From assembly GCF_009914755.1 (NCBI RefSeq), contig NC_060944.1: a DNA stretch of 64,000 nucleotides; one strand, given 5' to 3'. Position 1 is the stretch's first letter, and every line of letters starts with the position of its first letter. Shown here piece by piece: positions 23,545 to 37,511 of the stretch. The position numbers and the translations under genes were made by a program. The DNA is from the human T2T-CHM13v2.0 reference genome, Homo sapiens. The notes beneath the pieces are model-generated. The model saw nothing but the letters and a program-made list of their open reading frames with translations, did no database searches and was not told the origin of the DNA.

Positions 23545-24655
23545 ATTTATCCTTTTTGGGTTTGTGGGGTTCTTGAATTTGTGACTTGATGATTTTGATT
23601 ACTTTTAGAAATTTCCTGGCTATTAACTCTGGAGTATTGCTTCAACCTCATGTTCTCTCATCTCCTCTCTGGGATCCAGTTACAAATATATTGGTCCTTC
23701 TTCCTGAATCCTTTGTGTATCTTAACCTGTCACCTGTATTTTCCATTTGTATTATCCATACTTCATTCTGAATATTTTCTACTGACCTATTTTCCACTTC
23801 ACTAATTCTCTCTTCAGCTGAATTTGCTATTAAAGCCACTAAGTTTATAATTTAAGTGATTTTATTTTTCAGTGCTAGAATTTTCATTTGGTTTTTCTAG
23901 GTTTTTTTTTTTTTTTTTGCTGAAATTCTAAATTCCACCTCTATTTCTGCAAATGCTGTAAGCACAGTTTTGTTCCAGTCTCTGTCTCGCGACTCCAGTG
24001 TCTGGACTGGTAGATCTTCTGCCTATGGTCTCTGCTGCTTTCATTCTTGCTGATTTGTTTTTTCAATTGTCTAGAATTTTTATTGTGGACTGAACATTGT
24101 ATTTGTAAAATTATTTTGTAGAAATCATTTGAGGTCTATTTTATTTTCCTCCAGAGAGGGTTTATGTTTGCATCTGCGAGACATGGGGGCACTAGGGGTC
24201 CTGGATCATCTTACTCTAGTTTCAGGGATTGAAATCATTTCAAGATGATTACAGTTTAGGTTTTCCTACCCTGGCAGTGGTGCAAAAGGCCCTGAGTTGC
24301 TGCAAGAGCCGGTCTCCTTCTATCCACCCCTATGTCTAGGGTGCGGTTATTTGTTGTCCCAACTCAAAATGGTGGGGGTCGGGGGGATGTTCGCCAACTC
24401 CCCACTCTCAGGTGGGCTGAATCTCTCGCTGTCTGGCTCCTCAGTGGGCTGTGAGCTATCTGAAGCAGCAAATGCTTTGGGGGAAAAGTGAGCGTCCCGA
24501 AGGCTTTTTTCACTCTGGATCTTTGTCTTTCTGGGATTTTGTTTGTTTGCATTCCAAGCAAATATTTTTAACATTTTGCTCAGCTTTTGTAGTCACCATC
24601 AGAAAAGTGATGGGTCCAGATTAACTAGTCCCTAATAACCAGAAACTGGAAGTCT
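23545..24655 (-). mobile_element. L1ME/HAL1 ORF1 and 5' end fragment
   Basis: ORF 23648-23839 AEERISEVENRSVENIQ..RRTNIFVTG resembles L1 ORF1p; typical 5' end CCAGAAACTGGAAGTC. Confidence 0.7.
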
Positions 24656-24769
24656 GATGGTTGTTTTCAGTCTTGAACAACATTGATTCTGCGGTGACCA
24701 GTTTAGAGTTCATGCAATAGACCTTCCTCCCCCTTGTAAAATCATCACTATTTCAGCTAATACTTAGAG

Positions 24770-25330
24770 TGACCTCCTGGTGACTCATCCTCAGCCCCCT
24801 TTGCCGGTTCTTCTTTTCCCCGACATTTTCATTCTGGAGGGCTTGGGATTCAGTCCTTTGGCCTTTTTCCTAGCTGTGTCTGCCCCCTCGGGGATCTCAT
24901 CCAATACCCTTCCCACAGCCTACCCAGACCCCAGTGCTGAACTCCAGACTCACGGATTCAGCGGAGCGCAGAATGTCAGATGTGTGAGGGCCGCCTCCGA
25001 TGCAGCGCGTTCCAGATGGAGCTGCGGCCTCCCCCAGACCCGCCCACCCCCACCCCCAGATTCTGTTGAGGGCAAATCATGCTTCCTCGCAGCTCACACC
25101 CTGTTGGTTCTCCCTCCCACGTTCATCTGGAATGCGGCCGCTCCCCACCTCTTCCCGCCTGCCCTCAGTCAGCACAGCAGCCTTCTAATGGCTTCTGCCC
25201 TCCCATCATCCCCAGACCCTCCCTTTCACACAGCAGCTGTGAGGTCCTCCTCAGGCAGGGTCAGGTCACGCCTCTCCCTCTCAGAGTCCTGCCTCAGCCC
25301 CTCCCCTGTCATCAACAAAGACTAGACTGT
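24770..25330 (+). mobile_element. L2 fragment
   Basis: GATCTCATCCA..CCCAGAC..CTGAACTCCAGACTCA..CACACAGCAGC..TCAGGTCACG pattern of the L2 3' region. Confidence 0.6.
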
Positions 25331-26199
25331 GAATGGCCCCATCTGCCTCCTGCCTCCCGAGCTCACAGCCTCTGAGGTCCCGGATGGGAAATCCCACCAG
25401 GCAGTCTGTGGACGCCGCACTGCAGGCGAGTGGGGTCTATCTTTTCAAAGCTGATGCCCACGCCCAGAGAGGGTGTCTTCCATGAGAGACGTGGCCTGGC
25501 AGCTGCTGCTGTGGGCCCTGGGCCCGGGGACACACCCGGCCCTCATTGAAGACAGGAGGCATCCCGCTGGGGGAGTCAGATGAGATGTCCAGCCCCACGT
25601 CACCTCCCTGTGCTCGGCCGTGCTCCGTGAATGGCCTGGTGGGTTTCTGTGTGTGGAGAGCTGGGTGGGCTTCTAGGGTCTTGACTACGGGGCTGGATGT
25701 AGAGTACTCTAGAGAGGCTGGGGATGAGATGAGGCAGCTGCAGGTGGCCCCTCCTCACCGCCTGAGGACGCGGGACCACGCCAGGCTTTTCTGGGCAGGG
25801 TGCCCCTGGCTGTGTGGCAACAGATATGCACAGAAATGCCACATGGGCTCCTGAGGCAGCCTCATGTCTCCACTGGTGGGTGGTGTGGGAGAGGGGACCT
25901 GAGATTTTGCCTGGCTCCTTGCTATTTGGGGGACGGGTGTGCCTCTGGGGTCCCAGCTGTGAACCAGGTTGTTTCACCTGGGGTGGGGTCGGGCTTGGCT
26001 CTGTCCCCGGGTCCTGGGCTTTCCTGGGCTCCCACTCACTGCCCTCTGGGCAGCTGGGCCTCCCCACATCCCTGGCGCGCTGGGGCAGCCCCATCTTCCT
26101 TCCTGCTGCTCAAGCGAGAGCCTCGCCACCACTCTGAGTGCCTTCGCTCACGCTCATCCAGTGCATTTGAAATCCCCGTGCTCCACCTTCCCGACACCC

Positions 26200-26375
26200 A
26201 GAGTCAGCCCCATCACAGGTCTCATCTGCACAGGGCTCCCTGCCTTTCCCTGTCTCCACCTCCCCCACCCCTGCCCAGTCAGCCCCATCACAGGTCCCAT
26301 CTGCACAGGGCTCCCTGCCTCTCCCTGCCTCTCCCTGCCTCTCCCTGCCTCTCCCTGCCTCTCCCTGCCTCCACC
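26200..26375. repeat. Direct duplication followed by (CTCCCTGCCT)n
   Basis: AGTCAGCCCCATCACAGGTC(T/C)CATCTGCACAGGGCTCCCTGCCT twice, then about five more 10-bp units. Confidence 0.85.
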
Positions 26376-26619
26376 TCCCCCCGCCCCGCCCAGGCCTGCA
26401 GCTCCTCTCACCCGCTGCTCCACCCCTGCATCTGGGCTGCTGGGGCCCCCGTGGCCATGACAGATGCCGCAGAGGCGTCACATCCTTTCTGGGTGTGATG
26501 GCCTCGGCTTCTGCTCGCTCACTGCCCGGCATCTCCAGTCCAGCTTCTCCTGCAGCATGGAGAGAGGCCACGTGGAGGGTGTGCCCAGCCCATGGCCCAC
26601 CCAAGGTCCCCTGGGTATT

Positions 26620-26821
26620 GGTGACCCTGCTTGGACCTTGCAACCCAGCCCAGCCCCACGGGATGCAGCCACGAGGTCAACCCAGCCACACCTCATGAAG
26701 CGGACACGGCCACCCCGACCCTTCTCTAGTCCTGCACCCAGAGTTGTGACTGTAAAGTGGGGGTTGTTTTAAGCCACCAAGCTCTGGGGTAGTTTGCTCC
26801 AGGCAGCAGGTGACTGAGACA
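26620..26821 (+). mobile_element. MLT1 LTR 3' fragment
   Basis: GTTGTTTTAAGCCACCAAG..TGGGGTAGTTTG..GCAGCAG.TGACTGAGACA terminal motif. Confidence 0.55.
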
Positions 26822-28789
26822 CTGCCCTGTGGGACTCCCCATTTCTGCACTCGCTCCCCTGTACGGGGGCTCCTGGATCATGCCAGGGTCACGTCTGATA
26901 AACCCAATGTTAGTTGAAAGCCTCCAGATGAAAGGCACTCAGTGCACTCCGCCTCCTGAATATCATTGTTCGGCCTCCCGGCCTTCACCATGTGCAGACG
27001 CTGACGTCAGCACATTCGACAAAGTCCCCAATTCCCTTGCTCTGTTTCTAAGGCCCCGCCACCCCCACGCTGTGGCTGCGCTTCCTTGTCCTCATCCTTG
27101 TCCACCTGTGTTCTTTCCAGGTGCCCTGAGTGGACTGGAGGGGCACAGGGCAGCCTGGCACCTGCTGAGCCCTTGCTGGGGCCATGCTGTCCTGAGCCCC
27201 TGCTGAGCACCTTATGGGGACATGAGTGGGGGCTCAGTCTGGGAAGGAGGAGGGGAGGCCTGGGGAGATGGTCTGACTAGCTCTGCCCAGCCCCTCGGTG
27301 CTGTCTGGGGACAGGCTGGGGTCCAGGGCCTCCCCAGATGATGGGACCAGTGTCTCCAGGGCTCTGCAGGCTGGTCGGGGCGGCTGACCTGGGCATTTCT
27401 TCTTCTGGCTGCCGGGAGGCAGCAAGGCCCCAGGTTTGCATCTCAGTGGCCAAGTCTGGGCGAGGCTTTTCGGGGAGCAGGGGTGCAGCGGCCAAGTGTG
27501 TCTTTGGCCACTCTGGGGCCACATCAACGGGTCCTGGGGTCCCTGAAGCACCCGGGAGGCAGCCAGGAGGGCGCCAGTGCTGGGCTGTGCAGGGTGGGCC
27601 TGAAGAAGGGGGTGGTGCCTGGCGGTGATGGAGTGGGCCTGTCCCATCCCCCAGGCCGGCAGCCCTGCCTCAGGAGAGCCCTCAGTGGGCTGCAGAGGGG
27701 CCTCCCACGGTGAGAGAGGACGGGGAGGGACTGGAGTGTGGTTCATGTGGTGGCCTGCTGGTGCAGGGCTGGGCTCCATGTTGGCAGGGCTTGCGGGGGC
27801 GGTGCTGGGCTTCACAGTGGCAGGACTTGCAGAGGGGGCCTGGGCTCCATGGTGGCAGGGCTGGTGCAGGGCTGGGCTCCACAGTGGCAGGGCTGGGGGG
27901 TCTGTGCCCACAAGGCCACATCAGGCACAGGGGACCAGCCCCCAGGACAGAGGTCAAGGCCTGGATTTTGTGGCCCAACCTGGACCCCTAACTCTCTCCT
28001 TGCCCCACAGTGAGTAAACCGAGGTGCAGTCATGGCGCCTGCCTCCTGCCGTGTGTTTAGGTGAATGAGGTCAGGCCGGGTACTCACCTGTGCATCCCCG
28101 CTGCTGGGACCACAGCAGGTGCACCCACGGACCCCAGCCCCACTCCGACCGCCTGTGTCCTCACCCTCTGCGGGCTGACCCTTTCCCCCTCTGGCCAGTG
28201 GAGGTGGGAAGGCTCTGAGGGCCCCTGAGCCCAGGTTCCCTCTCTGTGGCCCTTAGCCCTGGCCACAGCACTCGGAACTTCTAACCGAGCCCTGCCGCCA
28301 TAGCACACGGTCCGTGGTGCAGTCACCTGACACTGCACCAGGGCGTGATGTCCACAGGCAGGCCATACCCCGGCTCCACACAGCGGCCCCGGACTGGAGT
28401 GCCCCCCGCAGAGACAGCGGGCAGGAGGCCGTCCTTCGGGGCCACCACTGTGACCATGAGATGCCCAGCCCTAGAGGGTCAAGGGTCCGTCTGAGCTGCC
28501 CGAGAGGTCCTCTGGGCTGAGCAGGGAGTGCACAGGTGGTGGCCGACGCCTGCTGCTGAGAGCGCAGCTCTGCGGTGTTGATGTGGAAGCAGCTGAGCCC
28601 TGGGGCATGGGCTCCACCAGGGCCCTCACGGCCTGCGAGACTCAGGGCTGGGGACTGGGTGCTGCCATGTGGTGGCCCTGCTGTCAGCTGCAGTCCCCAG
28701 CTCTGACCTGCAGAGTCTCACTGTCTCCTTTCGGCGTTTGCGGAGTTGGTGCGTGTGCCCTGGCCGTGCTCGGCAAGGGTTCCTCCCGG

Positions 28790-28960
28790 ATAAGGTGGAA
28801 CCCGATTTGGGGTGCGCTGGTATCACTGTCGCAATGATGCAGTGTCGTCCCATCTGGGAACAAGGCATCTTGCCATTTATTTAGGTCTTGAATTTTTCTC
28901 TTCAATGCCTTGTGGTTTCAGAATGCGGCTTTTCCACAGAGTTTGTGAGATTTTCCTATT
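28790..28960 (-). mobile_element. Old L1 ORF2 fragment
   Basis: Minus-strand KIQDLNKWQD resembles ORF2p IKEDLNKWRD. Confidence 0.55.
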
Positions 28961-29057
28961 TGTCCCACCTGTTCTTGCTGCCTCTTCTCTTGTATCGTTT
29001 GGGACTAACGGACCTTTCACATGACTCTGTGCTTACTGTCACTACCCGCTTGTTTGA

Positions 29058-29402
<345 letters not shown>

Positions 29403-29712
29403 CTTTGGCTTACGTCTTAGTGGCCACCCTCTTCAGTAGGTAGGCTTCTGGTACGTGCTTCCAGATCACCAAGGCGTAGCTCTAAAGAGCACCATGAGTT
29501 CATAACAGCATAAGATCCGCTCGCCGCCCACCCGCTCGCCACCCACCCGCTCGCCACTCACCCGCCCGCCCACCCGCCTGCTTGCCCTTTGTACTATCGT
29601 TGTCAGACGTTTTACTAAATCCACATATGTTATAAACCCCACAGTGTATTATGAATACGTTTGCTTTAACAGGCGATTATCTTTCAAAATTTGAAAAGTA
29701 ATAAAAACAGCA

Positions 29713-29841
29713 TTTTTTTTTTTTAAAGAGACAGCTCTCACCGTGTTGCCCAGCCTAAACTGAACTCCTGGGCTCAAGTGATCCTCCCACCTCGGCCTCC
29801 CAAAGTGCTGGGATTACAGGCGTGAGCAAACACGCCCAGCC
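29713..29841 (-). mobile_element. Alu left monomer (FLAM-like)
   Basis: GAACTCCTGGGCTCAAGTGATCCTCCC..; TSD AAAAACAGCATTTTT on both sides. Confidence 0.88.
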
Positions 29842-30374
29842 AGAAAAACAGCATTTTTATCATCCACATATTTTCCCTATCTAGCCACTTTCTTTGTCTG
29901 TGTAGACTCATCTGGTGTCATTTTCCTTCTGCCTGAATAACTTTGATGTTTCTTGTACCGCACGTCTGCTGGTGATAAATTCTCTCGGCCTTTTGTTGAA
30001 AAAAATCTTTATTTGCCTACATTTGTGAGGATATTTTTCCCGATGTAGAGTTTTAGCTTGACAGGTATTCTCTTCTTTCAGTCCTTTAAATGTGCTAACG
30101 CGTCGTCTGTCTCCCAGCTCACGACGTTTCACACGATGTCGGCTGTAATTCCTGTCTCTCTATGTAACATGCCTGTTTTCTTTGACTGCTTTTAAGATTT
30201 TTCTGTGTCACTGGTTTTCTACAGTTTTATTACAATGGCCGTGCCGTGGTTTCTTTCTGTTTATTCTGCTTGGAGTTCATGGAGCTTGTCTAGATTTTTG
30301 TCCAATTGAAAAACTTTATTAAAAATTTTTTCTTGATCCCTCCACCACATTAGCTGTGTGCAGCATATTGTGGA

Positions 30375-30673
30375 TTTTTTTTTTTTTTTTTGAGATGGAG
30401 TTTTGCTCTGTCTCCCAAGCTGGGATGCAGTGGTGCGATCTCAGCTCACTGCAGCCTTCACCTCCCGGGTTCAGTGATTCTCCTGCCTCAGCCTCTTGAG
30501 TAGCTGGGGCTACAGGCACTGCCACTAGGCCTGGCTAATTTTTTTGTAGTTTTGGTAGAGATGGGGTTTTGCCATGTTGGCCAGCCTGATCTCGAACTCC
30601 TGACCTCAATTGATCTGCCCGCCTTGGCCTCCCCAGATGCTGGGATTACAGGCATGAGGCAGCACGCCCAGCC
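30375..30673 (-). mobile_element. AluS, full length
   Basis: Poly-T and both arms in reverse. Confidence 0.93.
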
Positions 30674-32106
30674 ATTGGTCTTCCAGTCTTTTTTCCCTCA
30701 CTGGGCTTCATTTTGAATATTTGCTATTGCTATGTCTTCACATTCCTTAAAAAATGTCATTGGATGTTATTCCTGTCCATCGTGTTTCATTTCCGATGTA
30801 TTTTTCGCCTCTGAAATTGCGTTTAGGTTCCTAAAGATCTGTCATTGCACTCTTCAGCACGCTTATGTTTTCCTCTGTGTCCTTGAAAATGTGGGCCCTA
30901 GTTGTGACTGCGGCTTTAATGTCCTTGTCTGCTGATGCCATCGCCGCCGTCCTTTCTGGGTCTGTTTCTGTTGATTCTTTTTTCTCCTGATCCTGGGTCA
31001 TACTTCCCCCTTTGTTGCATCCTTGGTAATTTTTGGCTGCACGCTTCCTTGTGAGTGCTACATTGTTAGGTGCCAGGTTTTGTTGTAACCCTTTAGAGAG
31101 TGTTGGGCTTAGTCCTGGTATGTGGTGAAGCTGCTGGGAACCCGATGACCCTTTCCAGGCTGGCCTTGGGTGCTGGCAGGCCGGATGCAGGTTATCTCAG
31201 CGCCGTAGCAGTTCCCTTTGGAGGGCTCTCCCGGTGACGCTCCCTCCCTGTGGGGATGCAGCTTATTCCTGGCCTGTGTGAGTTCCAGGTGCTGTCCCTG
31301 TTCCATTCCCCAGGGCTTTCTCCCATCTTGCAGTCTCATCCCAGGCACGTGCAAGTTGGTACCTTTCTAAGGCTTTCGGGGAGCCCTCTGTGGACCTCGG
31401 TGCTCCCTCTCTGTGCAGCCCTCTGTCTCTGGTCTTCTGCCCCGTGGCTATGCCTTCTGTCTCCTCAGCTCAGAGAGATGTCTGGGTTCTGTTTGCAGCC
31501 CCTTCTGAGTCGCAGCATGGGAGCTGTCTTCAGGTGGTGAGCCGGGCAAGTGTGGGTGCCCCTCACTTGCTCTCTCAGGGGTCATGGTCCTGCACTCCAG
31601 ACCCCGAGTCTGAAGGCTGCTGTCCACGTGTGTTGTCGGTTTCTAGTTGTTTATAGGGGAGGGGCCCTTTCCTAGACGGGCACCGGAGTCTGGCTGCTTC
31701 TGTCCCTGTTCTCTCCACTGGCCGGGGACCATGAGAGGCTCTGGTGGGGCCGGTGATGTTTATTGAGTGGTGACGTTTATTGAGCAGTGGAGGGGACCGG
31801 CTCTGTAAAGCCTCAGCTCTGTGCAAGCACTCAGCGGCCTCCTTCCCTCCTGTCCTACAGACGGGGACCTGCGCCTGGAGAGCACTCTGCCCGCTGAGGC
31901 AGAGCCCGAGTATGTGCTGCCGTCTGTCTGTCTGCAGAGCTTGGGAGCTGGTGTGTGAGGGGGGGTGTCCAGAGTCCTGGGCGGTGGGTGCTGGGTTCTC
32001 CTACTGTGGGAAGACCTCAGGGCACCAAGCGTGGGGCTCCCTGATGTCCACGTGGGCCCTGCCCATCCCCCCCATCACTGAGTGCAGAGTCTCCCTCTGG
32101 GTTCCC

Positions 32107-32235
32107 GGATGGTTCCAGACGATGTGGGTGCAGGCGGTAGGTCTCTCTGCAGTGTGGATGGGTCCAGACGACGTGGGTGCAGGTGGTGGGTCCTTCTGCA
32201 GTGTGGATGATTCCAGATGATGTGGGCGCAGGCGG
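32107..32235. repeat. ~50-bp tandem repeat, ~2.5 copies
   Basis: GGATG.TTCCAGA.GA.GTGGG.GCAGG..CTGCAGTGT repeated. Confidence 0.8.
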
Positions 32236-35200
32236 GGAGGAGTGAGGGGAGCACGGCGCAGGGCCATGCTTTCTGAGCCCTGACTGGACACAGCATTGTA
32301 TGGGGCGGAGACCTGGACGTCTTGAGCTGGGTCTCGCCGACTTCCCCTTCCACACATCCCAAGCTGCACAGGAGGCTGGCCCGGGTCCCGAGGGCCCCTG
32401 GAAGCTGCCCCGGCCGCGTTGCTCTCAGACAGGGGCGTCCTGGCTGCAGCGGGGGCCCTGTGCCGCCTGCGGTGTCTGAGAAGGCGTGAACGCCTGGAGA
32501 AGCCCAGGGACAGAGACTGCGCTGGGAGCAGAGTGAATGTGTCTGTTATTGATTTTCTCCACGTGGCTCCCACGTTATTGCACACGTGATTTTGTACTTG
32601 GCTGAGATTAAATATTAATACATTGAACATTAAAAGAGTTTTCAGCCCTTTAAACAATTGTTTATGGCACAATTAAAAGGCAAATGAATGATGTTTTTTA
32701 GGAGCAAGTTTGTTGGCCTGAGTCTTATTTGTGAGGGCTGGAGCTGAGGGGAGGCCCCTTGAGGGGGCGCAGAGAGGGAAGCCGTGTGGCATGGCCACTT
32801 GCAGTGGGCGGGCATCTGCTATTTATTGAGGCAAGATGAGGGGGCAGGCTGCCCTGGTGCCCCTGCTCCAGACCCGCAAATACCAGGAGCAGCCCCTGAC
32901 GAGAGACCCTAGCCCCCTAGCCCATCCACCGTTTTGATGTAAACCAGGTTTCCATGAGCCTCCCATGCGGCTGCAGGGGGTGGGGGAGGTGGGTCAGCAG
33001 AGAGCGAGCCAGGTGGGCAGATGGGGTGTGGGCCGCTGCCCTGTGCAGGGTGCTCCCCTCTCCCTGGTGAATGGACCGTCACCTCTGCTTCCTGGCGCCA
33101 GCTCCTCGTCTGTCTGACTTCTCTCGTGCTGTGACCTGCAGGGTCAGGACCGCACGGCCTTTCCTCTGAGCTGGGGTTCAGTCACTTGCAACTGAAGGAT
33201 CCTGACTGAGCCAAACTAGTTAAAGTAGGAAAAGGGCCTCTGGAGTTTTCAGTTACGTGAACCGAGAACGGCTTCAGGCACAGTGGAGTCCAGGTGCCAC
33301 TGCTGGCACAAAGCCTGGGTCTCCTTCCATCCCTCAGCTCTGCTGTGTCCTGGGCTGACTTGACTCTGAGGCAGTGGAACCCTCAGCGTGGCAGGAGCTG
33401 CCGGCAGCCCCGGAGGAAAACGAGCACCTCTTCCTCCAGCATCTGCTCTCTCTTGGCCTGGAAATTCCGTCCTGAGTCTCCTTCCCAGGTCTCAGTCCTG
33501 GCGGTTTGAGTGGCTGATCAGAATCTCCCGCGCCGCCCACAGGAGACCCAGCTGGGTCCGGCTGGTCAGTGCCAAGCCCTGGACCTGCGTGGTGGCGCCC
33601 CCAAAGGCTGCTCGGAACCGGCCCGTGCAGGTGGAACCTCTGTCTGTTGGTTCCCCTCTTCCCTCTTCACACCCTTTAGGTGCTTCCTGCAAGTCTGAAA
33701 GGAGGTGCACCCTGGCCCGGGGGAGGTTTGCGGGGTGAACACTTAATCCGGACTAGTTTCAGGAGGGCTTCCTGGAGGGGGCTGCATTTGGGTGGTGTCC
33801 TGATGGAGCAGAGATTGTCTTTTTGGAGGACCGGGTCCCATGTAGAGGCTGTGAGCTGCCCACACACTCTTCATGCCATGCCTCTCCTTTCTGTCCCCTG
33901 CCGCTCCCTGGGCCAGAGCTGGACAGATTCTTCCTGAGCACCTGGTCCAACCCGGCTGAGGCTGGTCAGTGGCGTGGTTAACTCGGGGCTGCCCCGGGGG
34001 GCTCCTGCCATCTCAGGATTCCCAGCACGGACCCCTCCCCTGCCTGCCTCCTTTGCTCCTCGTTGCCTGCTCTAAAGGGAGGGATTTGGGCTTAGCATGT
34101 CCACCCGATGCCACTTCTTTTAACTGTCAATACGGTCGGCATCTGCCAACCTTTCCCACGGTGACTGGCCCCTCCTTGGGCCACTGTAGGCAGAGTGATG
34201 GGGTCAACTCGACAATTGCTTTCACTGTCAACCCAAGTTCTGCCTAATTAGGGGGAACGGCAGCGTGGCTGAGAAAATGAGGGTGTGTGTGTTTGAGCAC
34301 ACGTGAGGCCTTCCAACCTGAAACAACAGCTGTGCCCGCGGCCCCGGAGCCTAGGGGGCTGTGTAGCCCCAGGCCCCTGACCCGGCCCCCACCCTCCCTG
34401 GCCCCGGGGTCCTGTGGTCGCCCACCACGGTGGCACCACCTTGCGGGGATAGCACAGAACACGGGCTTCTCAGACCCAGAGTTTTGAAATTAGGCAGATT
34501 TGAGTGATTTTTAAGAACGGGGTGGGAGATCGGAACTATTTCACATTTTCCAAATACGGTGAGGCTCTAGAGTGACGTGAAAACTGGATGGTGCAGCACG
34601 GCGATGTCAGTTATGTGAACAGCCGCCACCCTCGTGCGGGCAAAAGCGGCTGATGGGAAGGACTGGATCTGTGGCTGCCACTCCGCTGCTCCGTGGCGGT
34701 GGGGGGCGGTGGCCGCCCAGTCCACTCTGCAGTGCGGGAGCTGGGCTCCGCGAGCTCCTGGCCCCCACGCCGCTGGACACTGGCCAGCCCGGGTCGAGGT
34801 GGATCTAGGGTATGGCAGACAGAGAGCTGGAGCCTCTGGGCCTCCTGTGGGAGGCAAACCCTCACTTCTCTGTAGCTGGAAGTTCAGCAAGCGAGAAGTT
34901 TTACGAGGCCGTCAATAAGATTGCATCTTTGTTCTGATGCCGCGGTGCCTGCGTGATGATTTAAAACCGCTGAGCCCGACGTGCTCACGGGCCAGGCCTC
35001 ATTGTCAAGGCACAAGGCTCTGTCGCTTAATCACACACCATGATGGCGAAGCTCTGATGGGATTAAGCTTCCCTTCTGCATCTCCACCTCCCTTATTCCT
35101 CTCAGAGGGGGCCTGTGAGGCCAGGGGCCTGTGAGGCCAAGCGCCTCACAATCCCGCTGCCTTTGGGGACATCGTCATGGCTCCAGGTGTCTGCAACTCT

Positions 35201-36644
35201 GCTGTGAAGGGTTCCCTGGGGGAGCCATCCTCCCCTGAACGGGCACCGGGTGTCTTGGGACCATCCCACTCCAGCTGTGGCACTCAGGTGAACCCCGAGT
35301 GTTTTGTGCTGTGACTGGGAACCCGGGCATTGGCAGGTGATGTGGTTCCAGCTGCAGCTTCCCGTGGTCCTTGGGAAGGCGGCTTCAGGGACGGTGGAAG
35401 TTGTCAGCGTCACCCCTGGGAAGGGCTCCGAAGCAGAAGGATGGGGGTGTCTGTCTCCAGGACCCAGATTGTCCTATCGGGAAGAGTTGAACGAGGGTGG
35501 GGAGGGTCTCCTGGGGGGACACCAGAGCCGAGCCTGAAGGTGAGCAGAGCCTTCGCCCTGGGTGAGTTTCGTTCTGGCTGAGCAGTTTCTCTGTGGCCCA
35601 AGGGACCTGCATTGGTTTTTTGAGTTGGGTTAGGGGCAGAGAGGGGGAGTGATGGGGCTGTGGGGGTGGAGGTGGGACTTTGTTTCACTTAGTTTTATAC
35701 CCTCCACGATGTTCTTTCCCATCAAGGACAGGAACACACCACCCACAAAATGACCTTGGAGAGACTTTTGTTATTTTTTAGATAGGAAAAAACAAAAAAA
35801 CAAAAAAATCCCCAAACCCAATAACCATTTGAGCTACTTTGATGGTGGAGGCAGCGAATCCCGGGGAAAGCCAGGCTCCTAAGCCCCAGACGCCCCTGCC
35901 TGCTGAATCAGGTCCCCGCCCAGTGCTCAGATGGTCACGGGCTCTGGGATCCTGCGGGATTTGGAGGAAGAGGCCGTGCTGCGTCCGGGCTGGCTCTGCC
36001 CACACCCCGGTGAGAGATGCTGACTTCACATTCACCTCTGTGAAGATCGCAGGATTTAAGCTGTCAGCGTGGGACGGGCATGTGCTTTAAGGATGATTGC
36101 GCCAGCAAAGCCGCCTTCCTGAGCCATGCTTATGCCAGGCTCCTCCTGTCTCTGAGCAAATGCTGGCCGCCCGGCCCGGGAGCTTCCGGAAGCTGTTTGC
36201 TCCCCGTGTGCAGGAGGAAATGTGTGTCTGCAGCCATGTGTGTGGGCCGCTGTCTCCTGCTGCACCCGGCCTTCCTCACGGCAAGAGCTCTGTGCTCTGT
36301 GGGCTCTGGAAGGAACGTTCCGGGCCGGTGTGTCTTGAGAGTGTTGGGCAGCTGCCGCCCTGGGGGAAGGACCCTCACTAGGCTGGCCCGGGGCAGGAGC
36401 AGGAAGGATGCGGCTCAGCTGCCGCCTAGCTCTGTGTGCCAAGTCCCTGCAGGGACCCTGGAAGCCGAGAGGGGCGGCTGGGTGGCCACGCAGCGGGGTG
36501 GGAGGTGAGGGGCCTGAGGAAGCCGCGGTGCCGCGTTCCCTGGGCAGCGTCGCTCACACACAGGGAGGCTCATTCACGCTCACTCAGCACGGCCGTGTCA
36601 AGGCACTGCAAGTACACTGACACGCAGCTTGCGGTGGGAGGGAC

Positions 36645-37024
36645 GGTGGGGTCCTCGGACCACCCAACACAGGGCCGCAGACTGGGCTTTGACAACAGAA
36701 ATTCAGTGTCACTGTGCTGGAGCCGGAAGTGGGAGACCTGGGTGCTGGAGGTTTGCTGCGATCCTGGTGTTCCTTGGCTCGAGAAACCATCACTTGGCCT
36801 CTGCCTTCATCTTCTCACCTTTCCACGCCTCTCCCGTGCGTGTCTGTGTCCACGTTTCCCCTAAGGGCACAGTCACATTGAATTAGGGCCCACCCTACTC
36901 TAGCCTGACCTTGTCTTAACTAATGACCCTGCAGTGACCTTCCTCCCAAGTAAGGCCACATCTCAGGCACCGGGATGACGCCTTCCACACTAGAATTCTT
37001 AAGGGACCCAATTCAACCCCTAAG
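36645..37024 (-). mobile_element. MLT1B/C MaLR LTR
   Basis: ACAACAGAAATT..TCCTGGTGTTCCTTGGCT..CTCTGCCTTCATCTTC..ATTAGGGCCCACCCT..CTTAACTAAT..CAATTCAACCC. Confidence 0.75.
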
Positions 37025-37511
37025 AGGGATGCCTGAGCTGAGGTCTGTCGTGGACAGGCTGGAGCTCTATCCCCCGGGCCTCTCTCCTGCCTGGTGCCTC
37101 CCATTTAAGGAGCAGGTTGAAGGAGCTGAGACCCCCCCTTGGGCATTGAGCACTCCTGTCTTGGATACAGGCTTCCCCAATGCTGCCGCCTCCCTCCCTG
37201 ACCTCAACCTGCTTCCCTGCACTGAGCCTCACCTTTGAACGTCCTTCCTTCCCCAGCGCGTGGAGCCCCGCACAGCTGGGGCAGCTCAGCCGAGTGCAGG
37301 CGGTGGCAGGTCCCAGGGGCTGGTGTCTTGGGTGGGGCCTGGTGTCCGAGGCCTGCAGATCAGCCCTGCTAGCCCTGCCCAGTGCCCAGGCTGCCCCTTT
37401 GCCTGGTTGGGGGTTGGTGGGGCAGGGAGCCTGGTGGGCTTCACTCTGGGTCTACCAGGAAGGTGGCACTAGGTTAATCATTATTGCCCCGACCCCTTCC
37501 GTATGGGGGGG

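Larger units (their letters stand above)
29590..31720 (-). mobile_element. Old L1M ORF1/5' region interrupted by Alus
   Basis: ORF 29908-30132 FKGLKE..CQAKTL..IKIFF..REFITSRRAVQE resembles the L1 ORF1p C-terminal domain. Confidence 0.7.
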
